Assembly (NCBI GenBank): GCA_964457245.1
Contig: CAYWET010000009.1
Coordinates: 25,284 to 89,283, forward strand
Direction: 5' to 3'
Length of the DNA stretch: 64,000 nucleotides
Source: an uncultured Chryseobacterium sp.
Lineage (GTDB): Bacteria; Bacteroidota; Bacteroidia; UBA10329
Shown here: positions 1 to 10,603 of the stretch, one piece after another
Layout of the letters: each line of letters opens with the position of its first letter
How positions within the stretch are numbered: position 1 is the stretch's first letter
Position numbers and translations under genes: made by a program
Notes under the pieces: model-generated
Seen by the model: only the letters and a program-made list of their open reading frames with translations
What the model was told of the DNA's origin: nothing
Databases searched by the model: none

Positions 1-429
1 TGGGGTTACTCGTTAGCGAGTACGGGAGGTTGGTCAGACAATTACCACACGGGCTACGTTTTGGATTGTCTACATGAATTCCAACGATTGAGCGGAGTTG
101 AAACCTATTCCGATAACCTTAAAAGAGGCTACGATTTCTACCTGAAGCATTTCATCACAGAAGAAGGCGCTCCGAAATTCTATTACAATAATCCTTATCC
201 GTTCGATTGCACGGCAGCTTCGCAGACAATACTTACTACCGTTCGGTTCGGAGATACGGAATTGGCCTCAAAGGTGGCGGATTGGATGACCCGCAACATG
301 CAAAAGAAGAATGGTAGTTTCGCGTTCAGAAAGTACCGCAGGTACACCGAAAAAACCTCGTTTATGAGATGGTCTGACGCATGGATGTTTGCCGCCTACA
401 GTTACCTGTTATCAAGCTTGAGTAAATGA
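1..429 (+). CDS. C-terminal fragment of a polysaccharide-locus protein (5' end lies upstream of window); possibly heparinase II/III-like or other sugar-modifying enzyme
   Basis: Frame 1 is open from nt 1 (WGYSLASTGGWSDNYHTGYV...) into the listed ORF and stops at 427-429; W/Y-rich; first gene of a capsule-type locus; product assignment is a guess. Confidence 0.5.
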   Translation, partial: WGYSLASTGGWSDNYHTGYVLDCLHEFQRLSGVETYSDNLKRGYDFYLKHFITEEGAPKFYYNNPYPFDCTAASQTILTTVRFGDTELASKVADWMTRNMQKKNGSFAFRKYRRYTEKTSFMRWSDAWMFAAYSYLLSSLSK

Positions 430-1481
430 AAGTTCTCTTCCATTTAGGACATCCAGCGCATTTTCATTTGTTCAAGAATGTCATTTCGCAATTGAAGGAA
501 AATGGGCATTCAACCGTTATCGCGATCAAGAAGAAAGACGTGCTCGAAAATCTGCTGATTTCTTCTGGGTTCGATTATGTGAACATCCTTCCAGATGGGA
601 GAAAGGATGACAAATTCAGCATTGCACTCGGTCAGTTAAAGCAAGATTTTCAGTTGCTGAAACTGAGTTTGAAAGAAAAACCTGATGTCTTGGTAGGAAC
701 ATCGGTTGCCATATCGCATGTCGGCAAATTGCTTGGCATTCCTTCAGTAAACTTGAATGAAGACGATGCCGAAGCCGTGCCGCTTTACGCAAAGCTGGCG
801 TACCCGTGGGCAACCAAAATACTTGCTCCAAATGTTTGTTCCGTTGGGAAATGGCAAGCGAAGAAAGTCGGATATGAAGGCTATCACGAGTTGGCTTACC
901 TGCACCCTGAGAATTTTACGCCAAACAGAGAGATCGCATCAGAGTATATGTCGTTGGAGAAGCCTGTAACGCTTATCCGTTTCGCGAAGTTGGGAGCACA
1001 CCACGATACAGGTATATCAGGAATTACCGATGATTTGGCGTTGCAGATTATCGACTTGCTGAAAAATCATTCTGATGTCATCATCACATCGGAAAGAACG
1101 TTTTCAGCCGAGCTTGAACCGTACAGAAAATCCATCGATCCAAAAGATATGCATCACGTAATGGCACGCGCGCGTTTCTACATTGGCGATAGCCAGACCA
1201 TGGCTGCCGAGGCGGGTGTGCTCGGAGTGCCATTTGTTCGTTTCAACGATTTTGTGGGAAGAATCGGCTATCTCGATGAGTTGGAAAACAAGTACCAACT
1301 TGGCGTTGGAATCAAACCTGCTGAACAGGAACGGCTCTTAGAAACCATCAAGGAAATCGATTTTTCGGAGCAAGAACTTCAGAATCATCAGGAGAAAAAG
1401 ACCCGTATGCTTGCCGAAAAGGTTAACCTTGCAGCGTATTTGTACAATTATCTCGTCAACCAGGAATACTTGAAGTCGTAG
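426..1481 (+). CDS. DUF354-family protein (glycosyltransferase/epimerase-like fold, capsule locus)
   Basis: 351 aa; N-terminus MKVLFHLGHPAHFHLFKNVISQL matches the characteristic HPAHVHFFK start of DUF354 proteins; 4-nt overlap with upstream gene and 3 nt before wecB. Confidence 0.65.
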   Translation: MKVLFHLGHPAHFHLFKNVISQLKENGHSTVIAIKKKDVLENLLISSGFDYVNILPDGRKDDKFSIALGQLKQDFQLLKLSLKEKPDVLVGTSVAISHVGKLLGIPSVNLNEDDAEAVPLYAKLAYPWATKILAPNVCSVGKWQAKKVGYEGYHELAYLHPENFTPNREIASEYMSLEKPVTLIRFAKLGAHHDTGISGITDDLALQIIDLLKNHSDVIITSERTFSAELEPYRKSIDPKDMHHVMARARFYIGDSQTMAAEAGVLGVPFVRFNDFVGRIGYLDELENKYQLGVGIKPAEQERLLETIKEIDFSEQELQNHQEKKTRMLAEKVNLAAYLYNYLVNQEYLKS

Positions 1482-1484
1482 GGA

Positions 1485-2630
1485 ATGAAGATCATTTCAG
1501 TAGTTGGAGCTCGCCCGAATTTCATGAAGATCGCCCCGTTTATCCGCGCGATCGGTACGCATAATTCAGGTTCTTCGGACAAGATTGAGCATGTGTTGGT
1601 TCACACGGGTCAGCACTATGACGACCGCATGTCCAAGGCCTTTTTCGAAGCCTTGAGCATTCCTGAGGTCGACATCAACTTAGAGGTTGGTTCAGGTTCT
1701 CATGCTGAGCAGGTTGGCCAGACCATGATTGCTTTTGAAAAGGTGCTTTTGGAAGAAAAACCCGATTGGGTTGTGGTTGTCGGAGATGTGAATGCTACGT
1801 TGGCGTGTTCGGTTACTGCCAAAAAACTGCACATCAAAGTGTGCCATATTGAAGCAGGACTTCGTTCTGGAGACATCAGAATGCCTGAGGAGGTCAACCG
1901 CTTGGTAACCGACCGACTTTCCGACCTTCTTTTGGTTCCCGATCGGCTTTCCATCAAGAATTTGGAAAAGGAAGGAGCTGAAGCCGAATCGATTGTGTTT
2001 GTCGGCAACATCATGATTGATACGCTGGAGTCGAATCGAGCTAAAGCCGAAGCTTTAGATTTGGCCAAAATTCTTTCGGACAATGCTTTGGATGGTCAAA
2101 ATCCAGTTGATCTTGAGATTGGATTTGCATTGGTAACGCTGCACAGACCATCAAATGTGGACGACAAGACCATTCTTACTGCCATTGTTGATTTTCTCGC
2201 AAATGAAGTCACAGAGGATATGCCAATTGTTTGGCCTGTGCATCCAAGAACCATCAAACAACTGAAGAAGTTTGGTCTTTGGGATAAGCTTGCCAGCAAC
2301 ACGAATGTGGTGCTTCTTCACCCTTTGGGTTATCATGAAATGCTCCGTATGAACATGGCCTCGCGCATTGTACTGACCGATAGTGGTGGTTTGCAGGAAG
2401 AGTGTACTGTTCTCGGTTCTCCATGTCTAACGTTGCGCTGGAATACTGAACGTCCGATTACGCTCAAAGAAAACGGTGGCGTAAGCGTGCTTGTTGGTAA
2501 TAATATCGAGCGCATTAAAGCCGAATATGCCAATACTTTGAAGGAAAAGGCAAGCCCAAACCGTCCAGAACTTTGGGATGGCAAAACTGCAGAGCGATGC
2601 GTTAAAGCAATACTTGAACACAAAGCCTAG
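1485..2630 (+). CDS. wecB: UDP-N-acetylglucosamine 2-epimerase (non-hydrolysing)
   Basis: 381 aa; MKIISVVGARPNFMKIAP...HTGQHYD...LTDSGGLQEE hallmark motifs of WecB/MnaA family. Confidence 0.9.
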   Translation: MKIISVVGARPNFMKIAPFIRAIGTHNSGSSDKIEHVLVHTGQHYDDRMSKAFFEALSIPEVDINLEVGSGSHAEQVGQTMIAFEKVLLEEKPDWVVVVGDVNATLACSVTAKKLHIKVCHIEAGLRSGDIRMPEEVNRLVTDRLSDLLLVPDRLSIKNLEKEGAEAESIVFVGNIMIDTLESNRAKAEALDLAKILSDNALDGQNPVDLEIGFALVTLHRPSNVDDKTILTAIVDFLANEVTEDMPIVWPVHPRTIKQLKKFGLWDKLASNTNVVLLHPLGYHEMLRMNMASRIVLTDSGGLQEECTVLGSPCLTLRWNTERPITLKENGGVSVLVGNNIERIKAEYANTLKEKASPNRPELWDGKTAERCVKAILEHKA

Positions 2631-2663
2631 AACCTTCTTCACATTCTAGCGTACCTTTGCGCT

Positions 2664-4328
2664 GTGATTACAACTATGAGGCGTTTACTCGCGGCTTTAC
2701 TATTCAGCTCCCTTGCTTTTTTAGCACAAGCTCAGGTGGTGTTTGAGCATGTTTCCAACAGACCGGTCTACGATTATCTGGATGAAGCGGCCAACCGTGG
2801 TTTCATTGAACTGAATTCGGCAGTAAAGCCCTATTCAAGAATGTTCATTTACGAGAAACTGAAGGAGATTGAACGGGTCAAAGACCAATTGAACAAGCGC
2901 CAAGCAGGCGAATTGGAATTCTTCATGCGCGAGTACATCAAAGAATCGCGAAGTGCCGAAAAACGATTGGATTTCCTAGGCAAAGGACTGCGCTCCAAAA
3001 AAGTGTTTCCGTATAAGAATCGGGATAAACGCTACGACCTCTTTTTCTATTCAGACACCAATTTTACCGTTTCGCTCAATCCGATTTTAGGCGGAACGGG
3101 TTGGTACAATCAGAACGGGTTTAACATGCATCGTTTCTTCGGAGCCGAAATGCAAGGCTACGTTTGGAAATTTGGTTTCTACGGTAGCTACCGTGATAAC
3201 TCAGAACTCAAGTACCTGTCTGACCCCATGTTTCTAAATCAGCGTTCAAGTGCTTTTACCAAAAGAAGCGGACAGTCTGGAGATTACAGCGAAGCTCGTG
3301 GAGGATTGACCATTAGCTACAAAGGAGTTACGCTGGGTGTGATAAAAGATCATGTTCTGTGGGGAAATAATTACAATGGATCAAACATTCACGGTGGCAG
3401 AAACCCTTCGTTTCCGATGGTGTTTTTGCAGATAAAACCTGTAAAATGGTTTGAGGTTAACTACTTCCACGGCTGGTTGTCTTCTGATGTTTTGGATAGC
3501 GCAAGAACGGTTCAGTATCCAACAGGAAGACAGAAGAACTTCATCCCGAAATACATTGCAGCCAATCTCTACACATTCAGACCATTCAAGAAGTTCTACG
3601 TTTCGGTCGGTAATTCTGTGGTTTATTCGGAAAGGGTAAATCCTGTGTACTTCATTCCGTTCCTATTCTATAAATCAGTCGATCATAGTGGAGATAGAAA
3701 CACAAATGCTCAGCTATTTCTCGACATCAGTTCGAGAAACATCAAGAAGAACCATTTGAGTTTTACCATGTTCGTGGATGAAATTTCCTTCGCACGAATG
3801 ACAGACAAGGATCTTCACAGTAATTGGTGGAGCTTCAAGGGCTCGTGGCGGTTTTCTGATTTCGTGCCTAACTTCTTCTTCACGGCAGAGTACACCTACA
3901 CCGCACCAATGGTGTACAAACATTTTATTCCAACAACTACTTACGAGACCACGGGTTTCAACTTAGGTCATTACCTCAGAGACAACTCGCAGGAGGTTTT
4001 CGTGATGTTGGAATGGCGACCGCTGCCACGATTGCGCACCTACATCGACTATGTTTTCGCCAATAAGGGAGAAGACAATCCAGATGATAGGGTAACGATA
4101 AACCCGAACACAGGTCAGTCGGTTTCTTTGGGAAGGTCATTTCAGGAAATGGTCATTTATGAAAAACATGAGGTTGGAATTGGCGTCAATTACGAAATAG
4201 TCAATGGGGTTTCCACTTCGTTCAGATACTGGTATTTGAAGCTGGATGACGTCACTGGCGTTTACACCCCAGCGTATTTTCTTAATTCTCAACACAACGT
4301 TTCCTTCGGCCTAAACATCGGGCTTTAA
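2664..4328 (+). CDS. secreted aromatic-rich outer-membrane protein, possibly capsule assembly Wzi-family
   Basis: 554 aa, signal peptide (LAFLAQAQ), Y/W/F/N-rich beta-strand-like composition, position between wecB and sugar transferase in a Wza/Wzc locus; family call tentative. Confidence 0.5.
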   Translation: MITTMRRLLAALLFSSLAFLAQAQVVFEHVSNRPVYDYLDEAANRGFIELNSAVKPYSRMFIYEKLKEIERVKDQLNKRQAGELEFFMREYIKESRSAEKRLDFLGKGLRSKKVFPYKNRDKRYDLFFYSDTNFTVSLNPILGGTGWYNQNGFNMHRFFGAEMQGYVWKFGFYGSYRDNSELKYLSDPMFLNQRSSAFTKRSGQSGDYSEARGGLTISYKGVTLGVIKDHVLWGNNYNGSNIHGGRNPSFPMVFLQIKPVKWFEVNYFHGWLSSDVLDSARTVQYPTGRQKNFIPKYIAANLYTFRPFKKFYVSVGNSVVYSERVNPVYFIPFLFYKSVDHSGDRNTNAQLFLDISSRNIKKNHLSFTMFVDEISFARMTDKDLHSNWWSFKGSWRFSDFVPNFFFTAEYTYTAPMVYKHFIPTTTYETTGFNLGHYLRDNSQEVFVMLEWRPLPRLRTYIDYVFANKGEDNPDDRVTINPNTGQSVSLGRSFQEMVIYEKHEVGIGVNYEIVNGVSTSFRYWYLKLDDVTGVYTPAYFLNSQHNVSFGLNIGL

Positions 4329-4360
4329 CCAACCGTTAAGGCATTGATGCGTACTTTAGC

Positions 4361-5476
4361 ATGAATACCCTGCTCACGTTGGACCTGAAAGAAGCCATCG
4401 AAACCCAGCCGCTCATTGATGGAGAAATTGATGAGAATGTTGCGGAACTTGTTGAAAAACAGGTTGGTCCGCAGGGTATTGAGTTTCTGCTAAAGTATGT
4501 TTCTGACCTTTCAGATGCGAAGACGATTCTCATTGATACGCGTCACGAGTTTAATATTCTGAAGCAATCTGGTAGGGACTACAAAAGCATTGTAAACCTT
4601 GCCATGATCAACGAAATGCGGTGGATCAATAACGTGTTCCTTGCCGCAAACAAGAAATTGGAGATTGGTGGTATGTTCTTGGGCAGAGCAGAGACGATTA
4701 CCGAAAGGGAAAAGCGCGCATACAGCAGAAGGAAGCGGCCTATTGCAGATGTCTACTACTTTTTGGATTTCCTATTCCATAGAGTCTCTCCCAAAATAGG
4801 TGGGCTGAAACGCGTTTATTTCTTTATGACCAAGGGGAAAAGACGGGTGCTTTCGAGAGCAGAGATATTGGGAAGGTTGATCAGTTGTGGCTTCAAAATC
4901 GTGGAGGAAGTGGAGATTGACAACAAGCTGTTTTTCGCGGTTAAGAAAGTTGAGGAGGGAAAGGCTGCTGAGAACCCGAGTTACGGGCCACTTTTCCGAA
5001 TGCAACGAGTTGGAAAAGGAGGCAAGGTCATTGGTGTGTACAAGATGCGGACAATGCATCCTTACTCCGAGTATTTGCAAGAATATCTGTATGAGCTGAA
5101 CAGCTTACAGGAAGGCGGAAAGTTTGCAGATGATTTCAGAATTAGTGGAATCGGGCGCTTTTTCAGGAAGTTCTGGATAGACGAACTTCCAATGATATTT
5201 AATCTTCTGAATGGTGACATGAAGCTGGTGGGTGTTCGTCCGCTTAGCAAACATTACCTCAGTTTGTACTCTGACGAACTCAAGGACCTAAGGCTTAAAG
5301 TAAAGCCAGGTTTGGTACCTCCCTATTATGCAGATCTGCCAAAAACCTTGGATGAAATTCAGGATTCGGAGAGACGATATTTGGAGAGTTACACGAAGGC
5401 TCCTATCCGTACGGACATCAAGTACTTCTTTAAGGCCTTTTACAACATATTCTTCAAGAAGGCAAGGAGTAACTAA
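4361..5476 (+). CDS. sugar transferase (bacterial polyprenyl-phosphate glycosyl-1-phosphate transferase, Bac_transf domain)
   Basis: 371 aa; C-terminal half has KMRTM...DELPMIFNLLNGDMKLVGVRP motifs of WbaP/WcaJ-type initiating transferases; N-terminal half appears soluble. Confidence 0.85.
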   Translation: MNTLLTLDLKEAIETQPLIDGEIDENVAELVEKQVGPQGIEFLLKYVSDLSDAKTILIDTRHEFNILKQSGRDYKSIVNLAMINEMRWINNVFLAANKKLEIGGMFLGRAETITEREKRAYSRRKRPIADVYYFLDFLFHRVSPKIGGLKRVYFFMTKGKRRVLSRAEILGRLISCGFKIVEEVEIDNKLFFAVKKVEEGKAAENPSYGPLFRMQRVGKGGKVIGVYKMRTMHPYSEYLQEYLYELNSLQEGGKFADDFRISGIGRFFRKFWIDELPMIFNLLNGDMKLVGVRPLSKHYLSLYSDELKDLRLKVKPGLVPPYYADLPKTLDEIQDSERRYLESYTKAPIRTDIKYFFKAFYNIFFKKARSN

Positions 5477-5488
5477 GGCGAGTTTTTT

Positions 5489-7894
5489 TCACTTTCCTAT
5501 TGCAGCGCGGAGCTTCCCGATCAGACCTGTTGGCTTCTGTTCCGAGTAATAACCATACCCGTAACCATACCCGTAACCGTAACCATACCCGTAACCATAC
5601 CCGAACTTGGACATTCTTACGTCATTGAAAAGCGTTGCAATATGCTGCACTTTCTTCTGTCGGTACAGGTCGTTAACGAACTCCAAATTGTTGCTTCTAG
5701 TAACGCCTTGTCGAACAACATAGATCGTTGCATCTGCGTATTCCGAAAGAATCAACGAATCGGTAACTAGTGCAATAGGTGGAGTATCGAGAATAATGTA
5801 CTCATACGTTTTACCGAGCTCTTCAAAAAGGTCTAAAATGGTCTGGCCGATAAGGAGTTCTGAAGGGTTTGGAGGAATCGGGCCACCTACGATCACGTCC
5901 AAGTTTGGAACAACCTCCTTAACGGTGGCTTCTTCAATGCTTGACATTCCCGCAAGGATTGTACTAGCACCGATATTGTTCGGCATCTCGAAGTACTCGG
6001 CCAGTTTTGGCTTTCGAAGGTCAAGACCGATTATAACCGTTTTGGAACCCGCCAGCGCCAACGAAGCTGCAAGGTTAATAGAGCAGAAAGATTTTCCTTC
6101 GCCCCCAACCGAAGAGGTAACCTGAACGATTTTGTATGGTTTCTTTTCCGCATTTGGATCGCCCAAGAAGCCAATGTTCGTTCTTATTGAACGGAAAGCT
6201 TCTGCAATAGGCGAGTTCGATTTCTCAGTTACAACGATTTTCTCGGTGCCTTTATGATGCGGCACAATTCCCAAGAATGGAATCTTGGTGGCACTTTTCA
6301 AGTCTTGTTTATCGTTGATTACTGTGTCAATCATTGAATAGACAAAAAGCAAAGCAATGGGGAGTCCGATTCCTAACAGAAAACCGATTAACAGAATCTG
6401 ACTTTCCTTGGGGCTTACTGGTTTGCCTGACTTACGAGGGGCGTCAAGCACGGAGTTGTCGGAAACGGTAGATGCCAACATGATGGCATTTTCAGATTTC
6501 TTTTCGAGAAGAAGTAGATATAGATTCTCTGTCATTGCATACTTCCGTTGTAGTGCAAGCAGTTCGTACTGCGCCTTCGGAATGGCCCCAACGCGTGACT
6601 CCAATTTTTTTAGCTGAGCATTAACCTCTTTTTTAGAAGCTTCCAATCCACTTCTAATACTTTTCACGTTTTCCAATAGAGAAGTTTCGGTCTCCTCAAT
6701 CTTAGACTCGAGCGTAGTAATGATAGGGTTGTCAGCCTTGGTTAGCTTCAATTCATTTACCCGCTTGGCACGCAGCTCAGAAAGCCTTGTAATCAGAAGT
6801 TGAAGCAACGGGTCGTCTATACCTAGACTTGATGGGGCGTTGCCGTCAAGCTTTTTCCCGCTGCTTACGTAATCTTCCAGGTATTGCAAAAAGCTCAACT
6901 GAATATCAATCTCTGAAACCTTCTTATCCAACTCGCCTACCTGAGACAGAAAGTATTGAGCTTCGGTATCGAAACTTGTAAGTCCCCCTTTCGATTTCTG
7001 ATCTTGGATCTGCTCCTCAATCTTGTTCATCTCTTCAAGATTGTTGGACAGTTGTGTATCAATGAACTTCAAGGAGTTGGAGGCCAATTGATTCTTCTTC
7101 TCAATGTTGCCTTGGATGAAGGCTTGAAGAACAGCGTCCAGAATATCAACGCCTCTTTCTGGAACCAGGTCCGTCAGGGTCAAACGAAGAATTGAAGCCC
7201 TGTCTCGCTCAGGCTCCACCTGCAACGAACCTAGGTATTGTGATGTAAGGTTATCGTTGTTGCGGTAAACGAGCGTGTAACTTGGGCTTTTAATGTCTCC
7301 ATCTTTGGAAACAATGGACGAGAAATTTTCGGCCTTTTCCAAGGTAAACGAACCATACTCGTTAGTAATGGTTTCTCCGAACGATGCCTTAACCGTGGTG
7401 GGTTCATCGTTTCGTGTTTCAAACGTCCATGTTACAGATTCTTCGGAATCAATGTTAAGATCAAAGCTTGCGGTTTGAGGGCAGTTTTCAGAAGGCTCAA
7501 AGTTCAACCGAACAGGGCTTTGCTTGTAAAGTTCGCGCCACCTGTATCCGTCATTAACCCGATAGAAAATATTCAGGTTGAGAGACTCCATTGCCTTGGC
7601 CATCTGACTTCTGGAACTGAGTACCGCAATGTCGTTCTGAATATTTCGCTTACTGCTAACCACACCAACTTCTTCCAGTATGGCACTCGAAACATCGTTC
7701 GATTTATCGTCAACCATTACAGTTGCGGAAACCCGATAAACAGGGTGTTTGTACCAAACATACGCATAAGCAACACCCATTGAAACAATGAGACTAATTG
7801 CAATGAAAAGCCAATTTTCCAATATCACTCGGAGAAACTTCCCAAAGTCAAAGTCTTCCTCGTTAGCTGTAGTTTCTAAATCGTTGTCAAACAT
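5489..7894 (-). CDS. wzc: Wzc-type polysaccharide co-polymerase / tyrosine autokinase
   Basis: 801 aa; N-terminal TM + coiled-coil chain-length-determinant region, Walker A GGEGKS, C-terminal tyrosine cluster (GY)x9-Y. Confidence 0.9.
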   Translation of the reverse strand: MFDNDLETTANEEDFDFGKFLRVILENWLFIAISLIVSMGVAYAYVWYKHPVYRVSATVMVDDKSNDVSSAILEEVGVVSSKRNIQNDIAVLSSRSQMAKAMESLNLNIFYRVNDGYRWRELYKQSPVRLNFEPSENCPQTASFDLNIDSEESVTWTFETRNDEPTTVKASFGETITNEYGSFTLEKAENFSSIVSKDGDIKSPSYTLVYRNNDNLTSQYLGSLQVEPERDRASILRLTLTDLVPERGVDILDAVLQAFIQGNIEKKNQLASNSLKFIDTQLSNNLEEMNKIEEQIQDQKSKGGLTSFDTEAQYFLSQVGELDKKVSEIDIQLSFLQYLEDYVSSGKKLDGNAPSSLGIDDPLLQLLITRLSELRAKRVNELKLTKADNPIITTLESKIEETETSLLENVKSIRSGLEASKKEVNAQLKKLESRVGAIPKAQYELLALQRKYAMTENLYLLLLEKKSENAIMLASTVSDNSVLDAPRKSGKPVSPKESQILLIGFLLGIGLPIALLFVYSMIDTVINDKQDLKSATKIPFLGIVPHHKGTEKIVVTEKSNSPIAEAFRSIRTNIGFLGDPNAEKKPYKIVQVTSSVGGEGKSFCSINLAASLALAGSKTVIIGLDLRKPKLAEYFEMPNNIGASTILAGMSSIEEATVKEVVPNLDVIVGGPIPPNPSELLIGQTILDLFEELGKTYEYIILDTPPIALVTDSLILSEYADATIYVVRQGVTRSNNLEFVNDLYRQKKVQHIATLFNDVRMSKFGYGYGYGYGYGYGYGYGYYSEQKPTGLIGKLRAAIGK
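5549..5602 (-). repeat. hexanucleotide tandem repeat (ataccc/gtaacc x9) encoding (GY)9 tail of Wzc
   Basis: ataaccatacccgtaaccatacccgtaaccgtaaccatacccgtaaccatacccgaa. Confidence 0.7.
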
Positions 7895-7912
7895 AGGTTG
7901 CGGTTGAGCGGC

Positions 7913-8704
7913 TTAAAATGCGTTCCCCAATCTTATGAAAAGCGCAATGGTGGACAGACCACTAAGCACAATCGGTATGATGCGATACCAAGCATCGGCA
8001 GAAGCAATCTTGCCTTTACCTGGCTCAACATATACGATGTCGTTACTGTGTAGATAATAGAAATCGGACTCAAACAATTCTTTCGACCTCAAGTCTACTT
8101 TGAAGAATTTACGTTCTGCTCCATCTTCCCTTACAATCAGCACATCTATCCGCTTTCCGAAAATGGTCAGGTCTCCTGCCAGGCCTAAGGCCTCAATCAA
8201 GGTAATTTTCTCATTCGGAATGGTGTAAACCCCTGGGGCTTTCACTTCGCCCAGCACCGTCACTTTGAAGTTTCTGATACGAACGTTAACCGTTGGGTCT
8301 ACCAAGTATTTGTTCAGTTTCTCCTTGATGGCATTCTTGGCTTCAATGCCTGTTTTCCCTCCAACGTCAACGGAACCGATCAGCGGCATTTCAATCCTAC
8401 CATTGGCATCTACCAAATAGGTGTTGGCTACTTGCTGATCCGATTCTTCTCCAACCACATTGAAGAAGCTACTTGCCTCCGCACTTAAACTTGAAACGTG
8501 GATTGAAAGAATATCTCCTGCAGCAATTCGTGCCTCAAAACCTTTGGTGATCTGTTGGATGCTTAACGAATCCGAGATATCCTGAAAGTAAGATATATCT
8601 TTCCTCGTCATGCATGATTCAGAAAGAATTAGAATTGAGCTGAGTAAGAACAGCAGAACCGCTGGTCGAAATTTCATGGGCGCAAATATACGTGTAAAAA
8701 TCAC
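7913..8704 (-). CDS. wza: polysaccharide export outer-membrane protein (Wza-like, Poly_export + SLBB)
   Basis: 263 aa, signal/lipoprotein-like N-terminus, directly upstream of wzc on same strand. Confidence 0.8.
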   Translation of the reverse strand: MIFTRIFAPMKFRPAVLLFLLSSILILSESCMTRKDISYFQDISDSLSIQQITKGFEARIAAGDILSIHVSSLSAEASSFFNVVGEESDQQVANTYLVDANGRIEMPLIGSVDVGGKTGIEAKNAIKEKLNKYLVDPTVNVRIRNFKVTVLGEVKAPGVYTIPNEKITLIEALGLAGDLTIFGKRIDVLIVREDGAERKFFKVDLRSKELFESDFYYLHSNDIVYVEPGKGKIASADAWYRIIPIVLSGLSTIALFIRLGNAF

Positions 8705-8710
8705 CTGAGA

Positions 8711-10468
8711 TCAGGCTTCTTTTGAAGCTAAAACCTTGATGTTCAACTCATCTAATTGTTCATCATCAATAACAGATGGAGAATCAATCATCATGTCTCT
8801 TCCAGCATTGTTTTTCGGGAAGGCAATGAAGTCACGAATATCTTTCTGACCACCAAAGATGGCCGAAAGTCTATCGAAACCGAATGCGATACCTCCATGA
8901 GGTGGAGCACCGAACTCAAAAGCATCCATCAAGAACCCGAACTGAGCTTTTGCTTCTTCTTCTGTAAACCCAAGAAGGTCGAACATACGCTTTTGCTGTC
9001 CTTTATCATGGATTCTGATAGAGCCACCACCCAATTCTGTTCCGTTTATAACCATATCATAGGCATTGGCCCGAACCTTACCTGGGTCGGTTTCCATCAA
9101 TGGAACATCTTCTGGCTTGGCCGATGTGAACGGATGATGCATGGCGTGGAAACGCTCAGATTCCTCATCCCATTCCAACAGCGGGAAGTTCACAACCCAA
9201 AGTGGAGCAAATTCTTCAGGGTTCATCAGCCCTTGCTCTGAAGCCACATGCAATCGAAGTTCAGAAAGCTGCTTTCTCACTTTATCAGTTGCGCCAGCCA
9301 TAATGAGCATCAGGTCGCCAGCTTCAGAACCAAAAGCGGAACTCCAATCAGCCAGTTTTTCTGGTGCGAAGAACTTATCTACTGAGCTCTTGAAAGTACC
9401 GTCATCATTGTGACGACAATAGATCATGCCAGTCGCACCGATCTGAGGACGCTTGACAAAATCAGTTAATGCATCAATCTGCTTTCTTGTGAACGCGTTA
9501 CCCCCTTTCACGTTAATGCCGACAACCAATTCTGCATTGTCGAATACTCCAAAACCTTGTCCTTGAACTACGTCATTCAACTCAATGAATTCCATCCCGA
9601 AACGAAGGTCTGGCTTGTCTGAGCCATACAAACGCATGGCATCTGCATATTCCATTCTTGGGAAATCTTTCAGTTCAATGCCTTTTACGGTTTTGAACAG
9701 ATGACGAACCAATCCTTCGAACATGTTCAGAATATCTTCCTGCTCCACAAAAGCCATTTCGCAATCTAGCTGCGTGAATTCTGGCTGACGGTCTGCACGT
9801 AGATCTTCATCGCGGAAGCATCGAACGATCTGGTAATACTTATCAAAACCAGAAACCATCAGCAATTGCTTGAAGGTTTGCGGACTTTGCGGAAGCGCAT
9901 AGAATTGACCTTCGTTCATCCGTGACGGAACAACAAAATCTCGCGCGCCTTCTGGTGTGCTTTTGATCAAATAAGGAGTTTCCACCTCCAAGAAACCCTG
10001 CTCGTCCATAAATTTTCTCGTTTCGATGGAAAGACGATGGCGCAATTCCATGTTGCTGCGCATTTTGTTTCTGCGAAGGTCCAGATAACGGTATTTCATT
10101 CTGATTTCCTCACCACCATCTGTTTCGTTTTCGATGGTGAATGGAGGTGTTTTCGATGGGTTTAATACTTCCAACGATGCAGCAATAATCTCAATATCGC
10201 CCGTAGGGTTATTCTTGTTCTTGCTTTCGCGCTCAACAACTTTACCGTTCACTTTTACCACGAACTCACGACCCAATTCGCGTGCTTTCATGCAAAGCGA
10301 TTCGTTCACTTCCATATTGAAAGCGATCTGTGTAATTCCGTAACGATCACGAAGATCAATGAAGGTCATACCACCGAGGTCGCGGCCACGCTGAACCCAA
10401 CCGCTTAATGTCACTTCTTGGCCGATGTGTTCGGCACGCAATTCTCCGCAAGTGTGTGAACGATGCAT
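8711..10468 (-). CDS. aspS: aspartate--tRNA ligase
   Basis: 585 aa; N-terminal OB fold ([19 protein letters not shown]), class II aaRS motifs, [24 protein letters not shown]. Confidence 0.95.
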   Translation of the reverse strand: MHRSHTCGELRAEHIGQEVTLSGWVQRGRDLGGMTFIDLRDRYGITQIAFNMEVNESLCMKARELGREFVVKVNGKVVERESKNKNNPTGDIEIIAASLEVLNPSKTPPFTIENETDGGEEIRMKYRYLDLRRNKMRSNMELRHRLSIETRKFMDEQGFLEVETPYLIKSTPEGARDFVVPSRMNEGQFYALPQSPQTFKQLLMVSGFDKYYQIVRCFRDEDLRADRQPEFTQLDCEMAFVEQEDILNMFEGLVRHLFKTVKGIELKDFPRMEYADAMRLYGSDKPDLRFGMEFIELNDVVQGQGFGVFDNAELVVGINVKGGNAFTRKQIDALTDFVKRPQIGATGMIYCRHNDDGTFKSSVDKFFAPEKLADWSSAFGSEAGDLMLIMAGATDKVRKQLSELRLHVASEQGLMNPEEFAPLWVVNFPLLEWDEESERFHAMHHPFTSAKPEDVPLMETDPGKVRANAYDMVINGTELGGGSIRIHDKGQQKRMFDLLGFTEEEAKAQFGFLMDAFEFGAPPHGGIAFGFDRLSAIFGGQKDIRDFIAFPKNNAGRDMMIDSPSVIDDEQLDELNIKVLASKEA

Positions 10469-10603
10469 TTGTGCTTGATTTTGAGCGCGCGAAGGTAAGG
10501 GCTTTCTGAGGAAAGAAGCACGAAATCCGAAAAATGGAAATTCGAAACGGTATGCCCGTCTAGGGCTTGCAGCTTTCTACTTGCGACTTTCTACTTTCGC
10601 AAC

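Noticed and set aside
5796-7783. Several 70-110-aa plus-strand ORFs
   Set aside because: All antisense to wzc; spurious
10469-10603. Direct repeat ctttctacttgcga / ctttctactttcgc in the aspS-tadA divergent promoter region
   Set aside because: Short and imperfect; plausibly just promoter A/T-rich sequence; not enough to call a regulatory site
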